Of a stretch of DNA of 64,000 nucleotides, positions 57,536 through 64,000 are shown piece after piece. How positions within the stretch are numbered: position 1 is the stretch's first letter; each line of letters starts with the position of its first letter. Origin of the DNA: the human T2T-CHM13v2.0 reference genome, Homo sapiens. A program made the translations under genes and the position numbers. The stretch lies in assembly GCF_009914755.1 (NCBI RefSeq), contig NC_060929.1; one strand, 5' to 3'. The notes below the pieces were generated by a model. That model made no database searches, had not been told where the DNA came from, and worked only from the letters and a program-made list of their open reading frames with translations.

Positions 57536-57719
57536 CTTAAGATTTTCAAGTGAGGAAGTGAAATGAGGGTGGAAAGGCAGAGGAGGGTGCTTTGCTTAGA
57601 GACCAGGACAGGTCAGAGACAGGGCATAGGCACAGCTGTGGACTGACCACCCCCTGCCTCCCCAGCCAGAAGTGCCGGGAAATGCAGACATCCCTATTTG
57701 GACTCTGGTGCAGTCCTCT

Positions 57720-57733
57720 GTTGCTATGGCAAC
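57720..57733. promoter_or_regulatory. Second RFX X-box
   Basis: GTTGCTATGGCAAC, one mismatch from a perfect palindrome. Confidence 0.55.
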
Positions 57734-58059
57734 TCAGGGGCTCTGTGGTTGGTGGAAGAAGGCAGTGGCTGTGTGGAAATCGGCATTGGAGGCAGCAGCT
57801 GTGCCCTTTTGCTCCAGCAGTCTGGGTATTTCTGATGGGGGCAGGGTGGGGATACTCCCTCTGCCATCTCAGGAAGCCACACAGGAGACCCCTGGACTCC
57901 ACGGCCAATGCCTCTGGCTCAGATCAGCTCCCACCCAGACTCCCTCACAGGGAGGAACCAGGCTTCTGTATGGAGTGGCAATTCCCTTGGCACCCCTACC
58001 TTGAGTATCTCCTCAGACCATATATTCCCCTGGGATTTCCTCTTCATTTTCCTCATTGA

Positions 58060-58830
58060 TTCATTCATTCATTTGTTCATTCATTCAGCAAGTATATACC
58101 GCACAAAATGCTGGGCCAGAGCAGTGAAAAAGACAGACGAGGCTCCTGCCTTCAGGGAGCCTCCAGTTTAGTTGGGGAGAACACAGCACACAAATAAGTA
58201 GAAAGAGAGAGAGACTCAGATGCTAATAAACAGGCGACATGATCCAGAGAAATTAAGGCTGGACTGATTTAGAATGAATGGTCAGGAAAGGTCTTTCTGA
58301 AGTTGAGAAGGAGCTACAGGTGTTGGGAGTGGTCCAAGGAAGAGCAAGTGCAAAGGCTCAGAGCGGCGGGCCATGGCATTAGGGGCAGAGAAATGAGGGG
58401 GTCAGGGGCAGCAGCAGAAGCCAGGGCTGGAGAAAGGCGGGCTGGGATAAGCAGAGCCTTGTCATGGAGTCTGGTTTTCACTCTGAAGGCAATAGGAAGC
58501 ACTGGTTGCCTTTAAGCACAAGAGGGGAGTGATCCCACTGATGCTTTTAAATGCTCCCTCTGCTAGCCTAGGGGACAATGGACTTCCTGCAGGAAGGCAA
58601 GAGTTGAAGCAGGGGACCCATGAGGAAACCACTGCGCTGACCCAGGTGAGAGCTGAAGGGCTGCCTGTGCTGGTATGGATGGAGACAGAGGATTTGCAGG
58701 TAAGCCCAGCAGGACTTGCTGAGGGACCGAGGGTGGAGGACAAGGAAAAGGGGACTCAAGGATGACTCCCAGAGTCTGATTGAAACTTGGGTGAGTGGAG
58801 GTGCCATCTGTGAAGGGAGGGATGATAGCA
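58060..58830 (-). mobile_element. L2 fragments
   Basis: (TTCA)n tail, gccttcagggagcctccagtttagttgggg, gactcaaggatgactccca. Confidence 0.65.
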
Positions 58831-59500
58831 GAGGCGGGGGAGAAATTGCACTGCATCTCAGCTCTGTTGGCCTGGATGACACATTCAAGTTATCCAAGAG
58901 CATCTTTCATTTTCACCATGAAATCCCTGAGAACTGAAGCATTTTATAAGCAACATTTCTAAAGTGTTAAGTCGAAAGGAAGCTTTCTTACAACACACTA
59001 ACAGGGAAGAAAGTAATTATGTTAAAAGCTAACTGTTGGATGTCCTAGGTTGGTGGCACAACTCACTTAGGGCAATACCTGCTCTTTTGTAAGATAAACA
59101 CCTTGATGGGTCATTTTCCGGTGTGGAAGGTGAGATCCTCTTGGACATGATGTGAACTAACTTACTACCTGCCAATCTCTGTGTTCACTGTTTTCAATAC
59201 ATTCTAATTTAACCTCTGTTTTTTATATATTATAATAATAATAATTGTTATTATTATTGTTATTACAGGTGTGAGCCACTGCACCCAGCCAAGAGGAAAA
59301 TGTCTAAATAAATTATAGTATGTCCATACAATAAAATAGTAATGTGATCATTGTAGAGAATGAAATAGATCTATATACTTTAAGTGGGATTATGTCTAAA
59401 ACAAAATGTTAAATGAAAAAAGCAAGTTGTAGAGTACACAGAATATGGTCTCATGTAGGAAAACAACAAAAATGACCTCTCCATTAAAAAAATAGTCTCA

Positions 59501-61785
<2,285 letters not shown>

Positions 61786-63304
61786 TGGGAACAGTATTAT
61801 ATACCCAGTCACTCCAATTCTTTTGTGGATGAGCCAGGACCTAAATAAATATACATAAGTAAATAAATATACCCTACCATGTATCAAATGAAGCTTATAC
61901 TAATGTCATGTTCCAGTTTAAATATCATAAACCACCATCCTTTGAGAGAGTATACATGCACACACACACACACACCCACACATGATTCTTCACAAGTAAC
62001 TGCTCTTCCAGCCGGGTACTAAGGAAAATAGGAAGCTCTTGAAGGGTTTTAAGCAAGGCAGTGACCCAGTCAGATCTGCATTATTAAATGACCTCTCTGC
62101 CTGCCATGCAGAAAATGGAAGTGATCATAGTGAGACCAGAGTGGGTAAGGGGAGAAGACCGGAGGCTGCTGCAGTGGTCCAGGCTACATATGACGGTGGC
62201 GAGGATGCGAGAGTGGGTTGATGGGGTAATAAACGTGCTTTACAATTTGTAAAATGCCTTACTATGGACTCACTGTGACCACCCTGTCCCTGGAACCACC
62301 CTTTGCAGCTCCACCCCATGCTCCAGTCCAGGCAGAGATGACAGGTTCTCCTTCAAACAGCTGAGGAAAGAGGTGGAGGCTGATGCTCAGGTTGCTGCAG
62401 TTCCTGCAAGTCACATGGAGTGTGGAGGAAACTTCAGCCTGTGCAGGAGTCTGGAGCTGCTCAAGATTGCATATCTCTAATGTGTCAATGATAAAGGAGC
62501 TTTTGAAAATGATATGTAGTTGAAGGCAGAGTGAGGCAGAGTTTCAGACAGAAGGGCAGGACTATCTCCTTTTTCACTGCATTTATTTCAACCCAAACTC
62601 AGCTCTCTTCCAAAGTCCCTGGTGTTCAGCCCCAAGACAAGCTCCGATGGAGCTGCAGGGCCAGAGACCAGTAGCATCCTAGCTCGTGTAAGAGGGAGAA
62701 GACCTGGCTTCTAGTCCTTGACTTCTTCACTAACCATCTTTCATGAGCCTGGGGCTTATCACTTCACCTCTTTGGACCTCAGTTTCTGCATCTGTAAAAT
62801 GGTGATTATCATCCCTCTTGTAGAAATCAACATAAACAAATTATCACATGCTTTTCTTCTTGTCACATGAAAAGCAACAATCTCATAAAGCGGCAGTTTT
62901 TCAGGGAGTGTTCTGGGTGCCCTGTAGTGAATGATGAGGAGGGTCGGTGGTGAGACCCTTGACCCTTCCATTCTCTGCTTCAAGGAGGACAGCTCCACTC
63001 TTTAATAGATTGGGATTCTGAGTAAGATTTCATTGAAACAATGGGTTCTGCTGCAAAGAACAAAAACAAAAACAATTTGAAAACCACTGTTACAGAGCAC
63101 TTTTCACTAGGCAATTCAGACATCTGACCTTAATCCAAGGATGGCAAATAGAGCCACTGCCACATCCTGTGCCTGTTTCTGACATTAGTAATCAATCACA
63201 GACTCTTTTTAGTAAAGCCTCAGAATTATTTGCAACACACAATACTTCTAGCAGTCTGTTCCTCAGATGGCATATGAAATAAAACCAATTTTCCACTCTT
63301 TGCA

Positions 63305-64000
63305 TTTATTTATTTTTAAGAAATGGGGTCTCCCTATGTTGCCCAGGCTATAGTGCAATAGCTATTCCTGAATGTGATCATGGCACGCCACAGCCTCCAA
63401 CTCCTGGGTTCAAGTGATCCTCCTGTCTCAGCCTTCCTAGTAGCTGTTACTACAGGTTTGCATCACCAGCAAGGGCTCAATTTTTAACTCTTTCGATTAT
63501 TCATTGTAGATAGACCTTGAGTGTTCAGTTGAACTGAGAGCAACAGCTGCTTTAAAACTTCATTTGGATAAATAAGTTTTAAGGAAAGATTCAAGTCTGT
63601 TTTCAATGTGTTTTACTAACATATACATTATAAAACAAGATTGATTACTTTTGATCAGTTACAGATTGTCCTTTGTGCTAATATGCCCCACCTACCTCCA
63701 TTTTACATATGCAAATCATACTCATCCTTTAAAGTCCAACTCCAGCACCACCTAGCTACTTCCTCCATGAAGGTGAATTTTCTTCTCTGAGTTTTCACAG
63801 CTTTATCTACTTTGCTCATGGCTTTTATTTTATTTATTATTATTATCTTTTCCAGGACGGAGTCTCACTCTGTCAACCAGGCTGGAGTGCAGTGGTGAGA
63901 TCTCGGCTACTGGCACTGCACCTGTAGTCCCATCTCCTGGGTTCCAGCAATTCTCCTGCCTCAGCCCCCCAAGTAGCTGGGACTACAGGCGCATGCCACC
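63305..64000 (-). mobile_element. Old Alu monomer (63305-63470) and an Alu cut by the window edge (63825-64000)
   Basis: Antisense Alu matches. Confidence 0.85.

Overview
Primate, almost certainly human, repeat-rich genomic DNA. The left ~5.3 kb holds the 5' end of GNPDA1 (glucosamine-6-phosphate deaminase 1) on the minus strand: CpG-island promoter, non-coding exon 1, and coding exons 2 and 3. The rest is intergenic and dense in Alu, L1, L2, MIR, MaLR/ERV LTRs and DNA-transposon fossils. It includes an MRPL11 processed pseudogene with a ~160-nt internal deletion, a twin-primed (5'-inverted) L1PA3-like insertion inside a solo LTR, and a 34-nt U2 snRNA retrocopy inside an Alu. The most notable item is a near full-length, decayed hAT-superfamily transposase reading frame (14693-16888, minus). 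It has no visible terminal inverted repeats, sits just downstream of a CpG-rich ETS/CCAAT/ZNF143-like promoter, and is interrupted by a multi-step fold-back duplication. This fits a once-domesticated transposase gene that was later lost, but that is a hypothesis. Most ORFs in the supplied track are Alu, L1 or low-complexity artefacts. Repeat boundaries are by eye (about +/-10-30 bp) and subfamily names are from recalled consensus sequences.
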